Below, piece after piece: positions 40,298-48,382 of a DNA stretch of 64,000 nucleotides. Position numbers and translations under genes: made by a program. Under the pieces are notes generated by a model. That model was given only the letters and a program-made list of their open reading frames with translations. It searched no databases and was not told the origin of the DNA. Within the stretch, counting starts at the first letter, position 1. Each line of letters opens with the position of its first letter. This stretch comes from Bacteroidaceae bacterium (lineage in GTDB: Bacteria > Bacteroidota > Bacteroidia > Bacteroidales > Bacteroidaceae). The DNA lies in assembly GCA_024398695.1 (NCBI GenBank), contig JAKSIR010000001.1, positions 15,767 to 79,766 of the forward strand, given 5' to 3'.

Positions 40298-42073
40298 ATG
40301 GCACAGGAAAGCTTCCTCCAGATAGACGGTCTCTGCAAGTCGTTCGGCGACAGGGTCATTTTTGACGGGCTTACCCTGAGCATAGCCCAGGGTGAAAAAG
40401 TCGGTCTGATAGCCCGGAACGGACAGGGCAAGAGCACCCTGCTGGACGTGATAGCCGGAAATGCCGACTACCGTAGCGGCAGCATAACATTCAGACGTGA
40501 CATAAAGATTGCCTATCTGGTCCAGTCTCCCGTATTTGCCAAAGGTTCCGCAGTCCTTGAAGCGTGTTGCCCATCGGCCGATGAAGAACTGCGCCTCAAG
40601 GCCCGACAGTTGCTTACAAAACTGGAGATAACCGATTTCGAGAAGCCCGTTGACCAGTTGTCGGGCGGACAGGCCAAGCGTGTGGCACTTGCACAGGCAC
40701 TCATGTCCGAACCTGATTTCCTTATTCTGGACGAGCCCACGAACCATCTTGATGTAGAAGTGACGGAATGGCTTGAGGAATATCTTACAGCCAGCCGTCT
40801 CACACTGCTCATGGTGACCCACGACCGGTACCTTCTGGACCGCGTCTGCAACAGGATCATCGAGATAGACGACTTCCGTGCATATTCATACAGCGGCAAC
40901 TACAGCTACTACCTGGAGAAACGTCAGGAGCGCCTTGATGCCGAATCGTCACAGCGCGAAAGCGACCTTAACCTGTACCGTCACGAACTGGACTGGATGC
41001 GCCGCATGCCATGTGCGCGCGGAGGCAAGGCCCGCTACCGCAAAGAGTCGTTCCATGACCTTGAAGAGCGTCTGCAGCACCGCCGCGACGAGCGCAGCGT
41101 ATCACTTGACGTAAAGGCATCGTACATAGGCAAGAAAATATTCGAACTTGAGCATGTCAGCAAGGCTTTCGGCGACAAGGTCATACTGAAGGATTTCAGC
41201 TACATTTTCACCAAAATGGAGAAGGTTGGCATTGTGGGCGAAAACGGAGTCGGCAAATCGACCTTCCTGAAGATGCTGCTTGACATCATCCAGCCCGACA
41301 GCGGCCGTATTGACCGCGGCACGACACTCAGGATAGGCTACTACGCGCAGGAAGGCCTGGCTTTTCCAGAAGACGCGCGCGTGATTGACGTTGTCACGGC
41401 CATTGCCGACCACATTGAGCTTGATGACGGCAGGCGCATGTCAGCCGGCCAGTTCCTGCAGAAGTTCCTGTTCCCGCCAAAGACACAGTACAGTTACGTA
41501 AGCAAGCTGTCAGGAGGCGAACGCCGCCGGCTGTACCTGTGCACCATACTTATGCGCAGTCCCAATTTCCTTATCCTTGACGAGCCCACCAACGACCTTG
41601 ACATAATGACGCTCCAGGTTCTCGAGGAGTACATTGCACAGTTCAAGGGCTGCGTCATTGCAGTCTCCCATGACCGGTACTTCATGGACAAGATTGCACA
41701 GCACCTGTTCGTATTTGAGGGCAACGGCAAAATAACCGACTTCCCGTCATCGTACAGCGACTATATGGAATACAAGGTGCTCAAGGAGGACCAGGAAAAG
41801 GCCGATGCCCAGGCCGCCAAGCCAAAACAGGCCGTCCAGCAGCCCAAGCCGTCAAATCCGGCAAAGCTCAGTTTCAAGGAGAAACGCGAGATGGAGCAGA
41901 TTGAGGCAGAGCTGCAGCAACTGGAACAGGAAAAGGCCCGACTTGAAGAAGCCCTGAACAGCGGCACCCTGCCCTACGACCAGCTTCAGGAAAAATCGGC
42001 CCGCATAGGCCAGATCATTGACCGCACCGACGAAATCACCCTACGCTGGCTCGAACTGAGCGAAAAGAACTAG
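40298..42073 (+). CDS. ABC-F family ATPase (Uup-like)
   Basis: The 591 aa product has two cassettes (ARNGQGKST and GENGVGKST), two LSGG signatures, and a C-terminal coiled coil (EQIEAELQQLEQEKARLEEAL). Confidence 0.85.
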   Translation: MAQESFLQIDGLCKSFGDRVIFDGLTLSIAQGEKVGLIARNGQGKSTLLDVIAGNADYRSGSITFRRDIKIAYLVQSPVFAKGSAVLEACCPSADEELRLKARQLLTKLEITDFEKPVDQLSGGQAKRVALAQALMSEPDFLILDEPTNHLDVEVTEWLEEYLTASRLTLLMVTHDRYLLDRVCNRIIEIDDFRAYSYSGNYSYYLEKRQERLDAESSQRESDLNLYRHELDWMRRMPCARGGKARYRKESFHDLEERLQHRRDERSVSLDVKASYIGKKIFELEHVSKAFGDKVILKDFSYIFTKMEKVGIVGENGVGKSTFLKMLLDIIQPDSGRIDRGTTLRIGYYAQEGLAFPEDARVIDVVTAIADHIELDDGRRMSAGQFLQKFLFPPKTQYSYVSKLSGGERRRLYLCTILMRSPNFLILDEPTNDLDIMTLQVLEEYIAQFKGCVIAVSHDRYFMDKIAQHLFVFEGNGKITDFPSSYSDYMEYKVLKEDQEKADAQAAKPKQAVQQPKPSNPAKLSFKEKREMEQIEAELQQLEQEKARLEEALNSGTLPYDQLQEKSARIGQIIDRTDEITLRWLELSEKN

Positions 42074-42077
42074 GATT

Positions 42078-42485
42078 CTACAAAAGCGATACCTCGCTAA
42101 GGCGTGCGGCAAGAGCATGCAGGCCATTTTCAATCATCTGTCTCTGGGCATTTGAAGCGTATGCTCCTTTTTTCTTGTAATAACGTAACTGCGATGAGTT
42201 TACGCCCAGATAATTTGCCAGTTTGGACATGTTAAGCCAGTCAAACTCACAAAGAAATGCAGAAAGATCATAAATGAAATTCACTTTGATTTGATCAGGA
42301 AGCGGATGTTCAATGCCTTCCGCATCACATTCCTCAATAGCCTCGTCTATACTTTTCATGAAATCGTCTTTGGCTTCCTGCGCAGTATTGCCATAACCGC
42401 CAAGAAAGCTCACACCTATTTTTGCATCGGAGTAAACGGAAAACAAACCGTCATTACTCATCTCTATTGTCGCTTTTATTATCAT
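42078..42485 (-). CDS. hicB: HicB-family antitoxin with C-terminal HTH
   Basis: The 135 aa product has the N-terminal HicB fold pattern (MIIKATIEMSNDGLFSVYSD...GNTAQEAKDDFMKSIDEAIE) and the C-terminal HTH MSKLANYLGVNSSQLRYYKKG. It lies 5 nt downstream of hicA. Confidence 0.75.
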   Translation of the reverse strand: MIIKATIEMSNDGLFSVYSDAKIGVSFLGGYGNTAQEAKDDFMKSIDEAIEECDAEGIEHPLPDQIKVNFIYDLSAFLCEFDWLNMSKLANYLGVNSSQLRYYKKKGAYASNAQRQMIENGLHALAARLSEVSLL

Positions 42486-42489
42486 ATTC

Positions 42490-42648
42490 CTATATTTTGA
42501 TGCCAGCCTGTTTCACTTCCTTCGATGTATGTCTGGGAATAATCAGTATATCTCCGGAAGGAGTCTTCCATTTATCGTGGTTTCCTCCGCTTTTCCAATA
42601 ATAACATCCGTGTTGTTTCAACAACCGAATCAATTCCGATGTTTTCAT
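42490..42648 (-). CDS. hicA: HicA-family mRNA interferase toxin
   Basis: The ATG at 42648 gives the 52 aa product MKTSELIRLLKQHGCYYWKSGGNHDKWKTPSGDILIIPRHTSKEVKQAGIKI, the YcfA/HicA pattern. The upstream part of ORF 42490-42717 is AT-rich non-coding sequence. Confidence 0.8.
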   Translation of the reverse strand: MKTSELIRLLKQHGCYYWKSGGNHDKWKTPSGDILIIPRHTSKEVKQAGIKI

Positions 42649-42668
42649 GATATTGAATATAACAGCCA

Positions 42669-42676
42669 CAAATATA
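42669..42676 (-). promoter_or_regulatory. Bacteroides-type -7 box (TATATTTG) for hicAB
   Basis: The plus strand reads CAAATATA, which is TATATTTG on the minus strand. It lies 21-28 nt upstream of the hicA ATG. Confidence 0.35.
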
Positions 42677-42682
42677 ACACAA

Positions 42683-42712
42683 ATTCGTATTATATTACGA
42701 ATTCGTATTATA
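42683..42712. promoter_or_regulatory. candidate HicB operator: three ATTCGTA half-sites
   Basis: The sequence is ATTCGTA-TTATAT-TACGAATTCGTA-TTATA. A 7-bp inverted repeat with a 6-bp spacer overlaps the perfect 12-bp palindrome TACGAATTCGTA, immediately upstream of the hicA -7 box. Confidence 0.45.
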
Positions 42713-42735
42713 ATCAATAACCATTATTTTATTTT

Positions 42736-42768
42736 TTTGCAGGATATTGAGATTTATTCATATATTTG
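42736..42768 (+). promoter_or_regulatory. candidate Bacteroides promoter (-33 TTTG / -7 TATATTTG) facing the FHA operon
   Basis: TTTG at 42736-42739 and TATATTTG at 42761-42768 are separated by 21 nt. This would give a leader of about 370 nt before the ATG at 43151. Confidence 0.4.
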
Positions 42769-42780
42769 CAATTGTTCAGT

Positions 42781-43106
42781 TAGCCAAATATCCATATTCC
42801 TGGAATTACCGATTCGTTTGGATTGGCTATAGGAAATGGGTAAAGGGTTAGGTGAGCTAAAAACATACTGAAGACGTTACTTGACGTTTATCTTCTGTCA
42901 TCAAACTTGGCAATTTGAATTCTACAGAAAGAAACGGCAATGGGAGCGTCCACTAGTGATGACTATCCGGTCATCTGCGTCTTTATTTTGACGTGGAGTA
43001 ACTGTATATCATCCCTGACGTGGGCTAGCTGCCTTGCTTATCTCTGTAGAAGGCAGCCAAGGCCTGATGATGGGGTAAGCAACGGTATTACTCCCACGTC
43101 TTTTTT
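42781..43106 (+). ncRNA. candidate structured 5' leader or small RNA ending in a terminator-like helix plus U6
   Basis: The helices were read by eye. They are 42781-42794/42819-42829 (11 bp with a bulge), 42958-42963/42970-42975 (6 bp), and 43028-43035/43050-43057 (8 bp). A closing helix GACGTGGAGTAA (42990-43001) / TTACTCCCACGTC (43088-43100) is followed by TTTTTT (43101-43106). A second GACGTGG copy at 43017-43023 could pair alternatively. Confidence 0.35.
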
Positions 43107-43150
43107 ATTCATATAGAGTTCATATGGGAGTCTTGAACTATTAGTGACAT

Positions 43151-44614
43151 ATGAAATCTATTAAAATTGGTCGATCTCACAGCAATGACACCATTATTAA
43201 TGATGCAGTTGTTTCTTCTTCTCATGCTATCATAACGGTTTCGGATAAAGATGAAGCCTATATAGAAGATCTTGGCTCAAAAAATGGAACATATGTAAAT
43301 GGCACCAGAATTTCTCAAAAAACGAAATTATCATCTTCTTCAGTTGTCGTTTTAGGCAATCATTCTATTGATTGGAAAGAGATTATTCGCACATATAAGC
43401 CGAAAATCAATAAGCCTCAGATAAGTTTTCCAACAGACATAGTTGATAAGAAACTCATTGGACGGAATCCTAGTTCCCAAGTTCGGTTCTCTTTTGACGA
43501 TGTGTCAGACAAGCACGCCTATATATGTAAAAAATCTGATGGTTCGATTATTATTATTGACAATCTATCCACAAACGGAACCTTTGTAAATGGCGAGAAA
43601 GTAACGATGCCACGAGAACTTAAAAAAGGTGACATCGTAGTAATTTCAAACAGACATCCTTTTAATTGGGAAGCAATATACTCACCGAAAACCACATTCG
43701 AATATAGGCACTTAGCCATTGCATTCGCCATGGTAGCCATTATTGTTCTGTTATGCGTCTTTATACCTTGGAATACATTATTTGGAAAAAGTTGGACTAA
43801 GGTTTATGCTGAACATAAAAATGATGTTGTTCTTGTTTACGTAAAATCAGCATTCGTGTCAAAAGTCCAAGGTCATCTCTTGAGCGCATACCTTGATGGA
43901 TATGATGAATTAGACTATTGTACGGTCAATGAAGAGGGCAAAGTCATATCCGGCATTTCAAGAGGTTCTGGAACTGGATTCTTTATTTCAAACGATGGAA
44001 AGTTTCTTACTAACAGGCATGTCGTTGAAAATATATTCGAGGCAAAGGAAAATTGCGAAATTGTTAAACGGGCGGTGCAATCTGTTTTAGTTGAAAATGG
44101 ATTGAATAGTCTTGCTGCTGATGTTGACGTTGAGTATGAAATACTCAGTATTGGTATTGTACAAAATGACACTTATATCGACAATGAGAGCAATCTTATT
44201 CCTTGTACACTTATACGCATGAGTGACAATGAAGAGTTGGATGTCGCTTTGCTTCAAACCAACAACAAAAAGATTCCCACAGGTTCTTCGTTTGTCGATT
44301 TATCAAAATCAATACCAACAGAAAAACTGACTATTGGAACTGAGATTTGTACAATAGGATTTCCACAATCCTTCATAATAGGACAAACATCCGTTGGTCT
44401 TGAAGCAAACAATCAAAGTGGAGAAATCACACAAGAGCGCGGAACTTACCAATATGGACATAATATCACAATACATCAAGGAGCCAGCGGATCTCCAGTG
44501 TATGATAAAAAAGGACGTTTTTCGGGGATAATTGTTTCTGGATTCCTTGGAATTTCTCAAGGCTACAACCATGCAATTCAGCCTAAACCTGTAGTTGATT
44601 TTGTCGGAATATAA
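43151..44614 (+). CDS. FHA-FHA-TM-trypsin-like serine protease
   Basis: The 487 aa product has FHA1 at aa 1-75 (IGRSHSND...SSSHAII...DLGSKNGTYVNG) and FHA2 at aa 98-172 (IGRNPSSQ...SDKHAYI...NLSTNGTFVNG). A TM helix at aa 188-207 is followed by an S1/Trypsin_2-like domain with putative triad H290 (TNRHV), D364 (LDVALL) and S446 (GASGSPV). Confidence 0.8.
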   Translation: MKSIKIGRSHSNDTIINDAVVSSSHAIITVSDKDEAYIEDLGSKNGTYVNGTRISQKTKLSSSSVVVLGNHSIDWKEIIRTYKPKINKPQISFPTDIVDKKLIGRNPSSQVRFSFDDVSDKHAYICKKSDGSIIIIDNLSTNGTFVNGEKVTMPRELKKGDIVVISNRHPFNWEAIYSPKTTFEYRHLAIAFAMVAIIVLLCVFIPWNTLFGKSWTKVYAEHKNDVVLVYVKSAFVSKVQGHLLSAYLDGYDELDYCTVNEEGKVISGISRGSGTGFFISNDGKFLTNRHVVENIFEAKENCEIVKRAVQSVLVENGLNSLAADVDVEYEILSIGIVQNDTYIDNESNLIPCTLIRMSDNEELDVALLQTNNKKIPTGSSFVDLSKSIPTEKLTIGTEICTIGFPQSFIIGQTSVGLEANNQSGEITQERGTYQYGHNITIHQGASGSPVYDKKGRFSGIIVSGFLGISQGYNHAIQPKPVVDFVGI

Positions 44615-44646
44615 CGCTCATGTATTTTTAAAATAATTAAACAAAT

Positions 44647-45240
44647 ATGGCAACTAAAAAATGTATCAACGGACATCTTTATGATCCGGCTATCTATGGC
44701 GACAACTGCCCTTTCTGCCCATCTTCCAGTGGAGCGACAAAGGTAAATTCCGAAAACGAAGAAGAGAGTGGCACTCGTGTGCTAAATGGTGAAGAGCCCA
44801 CAAGGCCTACAGAAACTGTCGGATTTGAAGGAAACGAATCTTCCGGTGGTGCGACTGTAATACGCCATGTCGGCGGGCACACAACAGGAGAGACAGGATT
44901 AAGCGAAAATCGTCGTCTTGTCGGTCTTCTTGTCTCTTATAGTGCAGTGCCTACAGGAGAGGTTTATAAGGTATTTGAAGGACGCACTACAATAGGTCGG
45001 GACAGGACATGTGACATACCTTTTCCAAATGATAGCCACATGTCAGCGAAACATTTGCTTATTCAATATGTGGAAGCTAAAGGCTGTTTCAGAGCACAAG
45101 AGTTTGACAAAGGTTCTGCAAATGGCAGCTATGTTAATGGCCAGGTATATGTTCTTGGCGATGTGATTGACCTAAAGGACAAAGATGTGATTGTTATTGG
45201 TGGAACTAAGTTCGTTTTCCTTGAAATACCGGAATTTTAA
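44647..45240 (+). CDS. zinc-ribbon / Thr-rich linker / FHA adaptor protein
   Basis: The 197 aa product has an N-terminal C-x3-H...C-x2-C motif (KKCINGHLYDPAIYGDNCPFC), a disordered T/G/E-rich linker, and a C-terminal FHA domain (TIGRDRTCDIPFPNDSHMSAKHLLI...GSANGSYVNG). No TM segment is present. Confidence 0.75.
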   Translation: MATKKCINGHLYDPAIYGDNCPFCPSSSGATKVNSENEEESGTRVLNGEEPTRPTETVGFEGNESSGGATVIRHVGGHTTGETGLSENRRLVGLLVSYSAVPTGEVYKVFEGRTTIGRDRTCDIPFPNDSHMSAKHLLIQYVEAKGCFRAQEFDKGSANGSYVNGQVYVLGDVIDLKDKDVIVIGGTKFVFLEIPEF

Positions 45241-45250
45241 TAAAACAAAG

Positions 45251-47002
45251 ATGGAGCAATTTAATTATTGTCTTGTCGTAGGGCAAACCGATGTCGGAAG
45301 AAAACGTGCCGCCAACGAAGATAATATGGGCAATGCCATAACACAAAACGGTTTGGTCTCCGTTGTCTGCGATGGTATGGGAGGCCACGTCGGTGGTGCA
45401 ACGGCATCTAGAATAGCCGTTGATGCGATTCTTGAGAACCTTAAAGGTAGTTACTATGAAGACCCAAGAATAGCTATCGGTGAATCAATAGATATAGCCA
45501 ACAGAGCCATTTTGAATGAAGCATCTGCTCGACCTGAATTATCTGGAATGGGTTCTACTTGTGTTCTTCTGATTGTACGGAATGGGAAAGTATATATTGG
45601 CCACGTTGGGGACAGTAGGATATATCTGATACGTTCCAAGAGAATAATTCAGTTGACCAAGGACCATTCATATGTCCAAATGCTTGTTGACAGAAGAGAA
45701 ATCACAAAAGAACAAGCTGAACATCATCCAAGGAAAAACGAAATCACAAATGCTTTGGGAATTCCGAATATGTCTCCGGCAACTGTGGCAGATGATGCTA
45801 TTATTCCCGAAGCCGGTGACTGCTTTATTCTATGTTCCGATGGCCTGAGCGGAATGGTTTCGGACGAAGTCATCAATAAAGTGGTCAGTAGGCAAAGTGA
45901 ATTGAGTGCACAAGCACGAGTCGATCGCCTCATTTCTATTGCCAATGAGAATGGTGGTGTTGACAACATTACCGCTCAAATGGTGGAGTTTACAATTACA
46001 CCGGGATTTAATAAGCCGGAAAAAAAGATTCCGTTATGGCTGAAAATTTTGATACCGACAGTTGCACTGATGATGGCAGGACTCGGTTTATATTTCCTGA
46101 TAAATCACAATAAAGATGTCAAGGAAGAAGCCGAAGATAAAGCTTCCCAAGTTCAAACGATTGATAATCCAACGGATGTCCATATTCCTGATGCTATAGT
46201 ATTCAAAGCCAAAGAAGAATTTGTTACCATTGAATTTGGTGAGTCGTCAATAGTATTTAAACATAACGGGAAACAAATTATTACTGAGAATAACACATCA
46301 TTTAATCCTGATTCGCTGAAAGTTAATTCGCCTGATATTGATATAGTGCTTAAGGGTAAAAACAGAGTTTTGAAATTCACAGACAATTACCCTGGGGAAA
46401 TGGTGATTGCTGAAGTTTCATCTAATGAACCGCGTAAGATTTATAGATTCTATATCCCCGTTTCTAAAAGCCTTGAGTCAAATCCTATTCAGATCCCTAA
46501 AAAAGAGGAACCAACAGCAGGGGGAACACCAGCCATTAAAAATGTTCCTGTCGGTAAACATGAGATAATCAAAATCGAGCTTGGAGAGTATGCTTTAACG
46601 GATGGTGAAAAAATCCTTTTTGGCTATTCTGCAAAACCTTATATGAATATAAATAGAGGGAAAGATATCCCTGAAGTGAATGACAAACTTGACCACATTA
46701 TACTGGACGAAGTCAAAGATGCTGAAATTGTATTTGATGACAAGTTGTGGACCAAGAATTTCAATTCAGAAACGAAGCAATTGTCTTTCGTATATAATAA
46801 GAGGGAGCACAATAAGCGTGTTAAGTGTAAATTCGTTATCCCTTGTGTCAAAAAGGGCTCCAAGGATGAAGTGGTGTTGGAAATAACCCTAACTGTTATT
46901 GGTGAAAAAGAGGAAAAAGAGGTAAAAGAAGAGACGCCATACAATGGACAACAAGAGCCTAAGGATAGTATTCCTCAAGACTCTACCATGATTACAATAT
47001 AG
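45251..47002 (+). CDS. membrane-anchored PP2C Ser/Thr phosphatase with about 300 aa extracytoplasmic region
   Basis: The ATG at 45251 gives a 583 aa product. PP2C motifs are present: GQTDVGRKRAANED, VCDGMGGH, GSTCV, GDSRIY, LCSDGL and GGVDNIT. A TM helix at about aa 260-285 is followed by two similar beta-rich segments, ending ...IYRFYIPV and ...KCKFVIPCV. Confidence 0.85.
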   Translation: MEQFNYCLVVGQTDVGRKRAANEDNMGNAITQNGLVSVVCDGMGGHVGGATASRIAVDAILENLKGSYYEDPRIAIGESIDIANRAILNEASARPELSGMGSTCVLLIVRNGKVYIGHVGDSRIYLIRSKRIIQLTKDHSYVQMLVDRREITKEQAEHHPRKNEITNALGIPNMSPATVADDAIIPEAGDCFILCSDGLSGMVSDEVINKVVSRQSELSAQARVDRLISIANENGGVDNITAQMVEFTITPGFNKPEKKIPLWLKILIPTVALMMAGLGLYFLINHNKDVKEEAEDKASQVQTIDNPTDVHIPDAIVFKAKEEFVTIEFGESSIVFKHNGKQIITENNTSFNPDSLKVNSPDIDIVLKGKNRVLKFTDNYPGEMVIAEVSSNEPRKIYRFYIPVSKSLESNPIQIPKKEEPTAGGTPAIKNVPVGKHEIIKIELGEYALTDGEKILFGYSAKPYMNINRGKDIPEVNDKLDHIILDEVKDAEIVFDDKLWTKNFNSETKQLSFVYNKREHNKRVKCKFVIPCVKKGSKDEVVLEITLTVIGEKEEKEVKEETPYNGQQEPKDSIPQDSTMITI

Positions 47003-47020
47003 CACATTTTCACTAAAATT

Positions 47021-48376
47021 ATGAGTGGGTATTCAATAATCCGAGAAATTGGGAAAGGTGGAATGGGCTCCGTATTTGAAGCGAGGTCTCAATCCGGTGA
47101 GCGTGTCGCTCTAAAAATGATGAGTGCAAAAGCCGCCGCTTATCCGGACTATAAAGAGATGTTTGATCATGAGGTACATTCTTTAAGAAAGTTATCACAT
47201 CCTTCTATAGTCAACATTGTCGGTGAGCCATTTTCCGATTCGACAGGCAATTTATATTTGCCGATGGAATATATTGAAGGAAAAACAATCTCCCAAATAG
47301 TCCAAGATCCAGCCCATGGCCCTTACAAAGAAGACGAGGCATTGAGGATTTTTGATCAATTGCTCGACGTTTTCAGTTACATCCACAGAAATGCCTGTAT
47401 CCACAGGGATGTAAAGCCATCGAATGTTATGATTCACCCCAATGGCACTGTCTGTGTAATCGATTTTGGAATAGCCAAAGATAGCAAGACAAGCACGGGG
47501 AAAACCATTGGCAGAGTTGTCGGAACCGATGGATATATGAGTCCTGAGCAAGCAAATGGATTGAACATTGACCATAGGACTGACATATATTCATTGGGAT
47601 GCCTACTTCATTATATGTTGTCCGGCACACATGCTATTACGAAGAAATCTAACGATTATGAGACGATCTGTGCGATTCTGGATAACGAATTCCCACTTCT
47701 CTCAGATAGGGGAATCAAGGTATCTAAGCGAACGCAGGACGCAATACTTAAGGCTGTGAACAAGAATATGATGTTCAGGTTTCAAACGGCCGAAGATTTC
47801 AAATACGCATTACAGTCCTCATTGTCTCCTGATCAATATGTGGTGACAGTTGGCCGTTCCGGATGTGATATCAATATGCATGGAGAATATGTAAGCAAGC
47901 GTCATCTAGACTTGATATTTACAATCCAAACCGGTTCTACTCGTGTTGTAATAAGAGATAGAAGTACTAATGGAACCGGGGTTGATGGACGATTGGTAAA
48001 ACAATCATCTTTTGAGTTTTCTTATGGGATACAGACTACAACTTTCCCTGTCATTATGCTTGCGGGTTTACCTGAGTACACTCTTGACTGGGATGAAATT
48101 AAGACGGTTCTTTTCGAGAAGATGGGTCGTCCCACAACAGTTCTTCCGCCAGAAGGAAATGGGGAACTTCCCCCTCCTCCTCTTCCACCAACTGTGATTG
48201 ATGAAATGACGATTGGCTACGGCATATTATCATTTATAATCCCAATCGTTGGATGGATTCTGGGCAGCAAATGGAGGATTTCATTCCCCAAAAAATCCAA
48301 GATGGCCAACAAGTTAGCATGGTACGGATTCCTCTTTAATCTGTTCTCTCTATTCCTTTCTAAGATAATCAATTAG
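47021..48376 (+). CDS. Hanks-type Ser/Thr kinase - FHA - Pro-rich - two-TM anchor
   Basis: The 451 aa product has GKGGMGSVF, VALKMM, HRDVKPSNV, DFGIAK and GYMSPE. An FHA domain lies at aa 272-350 (VGRSGCDI...VSKRHLDL...DRSTNGTGVDG), followed by PPPPLPP and the C-terminal hydrophobic pair IGYGILSFIIPIVGWILG / LAWYGFLFNLFSLFL. Confidence 0.88.
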   Translation: MSGYSIIREIGKGGMGSVFEARSQSGERVALKMMSAKAAAYPDYKEMFDHEVHSLRKLSHPSIVNIVGEPFSDSTGNLYLPMEYIEGKTISQIVQDPAHGPYKEDEALRIFDQLLDVFSYIHRNACIHRDVKPSNVMIHPNGTVCVIDFGIAKDSKTSTGKTIGRVVGTDGYMSPEQANGLNIDHRTDIYSLGCLLHYMLSGTHAITKKSNDYETICAILDNEFPLLSDRGIKVSKRTQDAILKAVNKNMMFRFQTAEDFKYALQSSLSPDQYVVTVGRSGCDINMHGEYVSKRHLDLIFTIQTGSTRVVIRDRSTNGTGVDGRLVKQSSFEFSYGIQTTTFPVIMLAGLPEYTLDWDEIKTVLFEKMGRPTTVLPPEGNGELPPPPLPPTVIDEMTIGYGILSFIIPIVGWILGSKWRISFPKKSKMANKLAWYGFLFNLFSLFLSKIIN

Positions 48377-48382
48377 CTTCAT

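Noticed and set aside
42647-42832. A 61 aa plus-strand ORF in the hicA-to-operon spacer (MILNITATNITQIRIILRIRIIINNHYFIF...).
   Set aside because: It translates AT-rich promoter/operator DNA into low-complexity Ile/Asn/Arg sequence. It also overlaps the hicA start and the palindromic operator.
42990-43100. The 12/13-nt inverted repeat GACGTGGAGTAA / TTACTCCCACGTC considered as the borders of a Bacteroides-style invertible promoter (phase-variable shufflon).
   Set aside because: The enclosed segment is only about 86 bp and contains no TAnnTTTG box on either strand. No recombinase gene is nearby, and the repeat is followed by a T6 tract, which fits an RNA terminator helix better.
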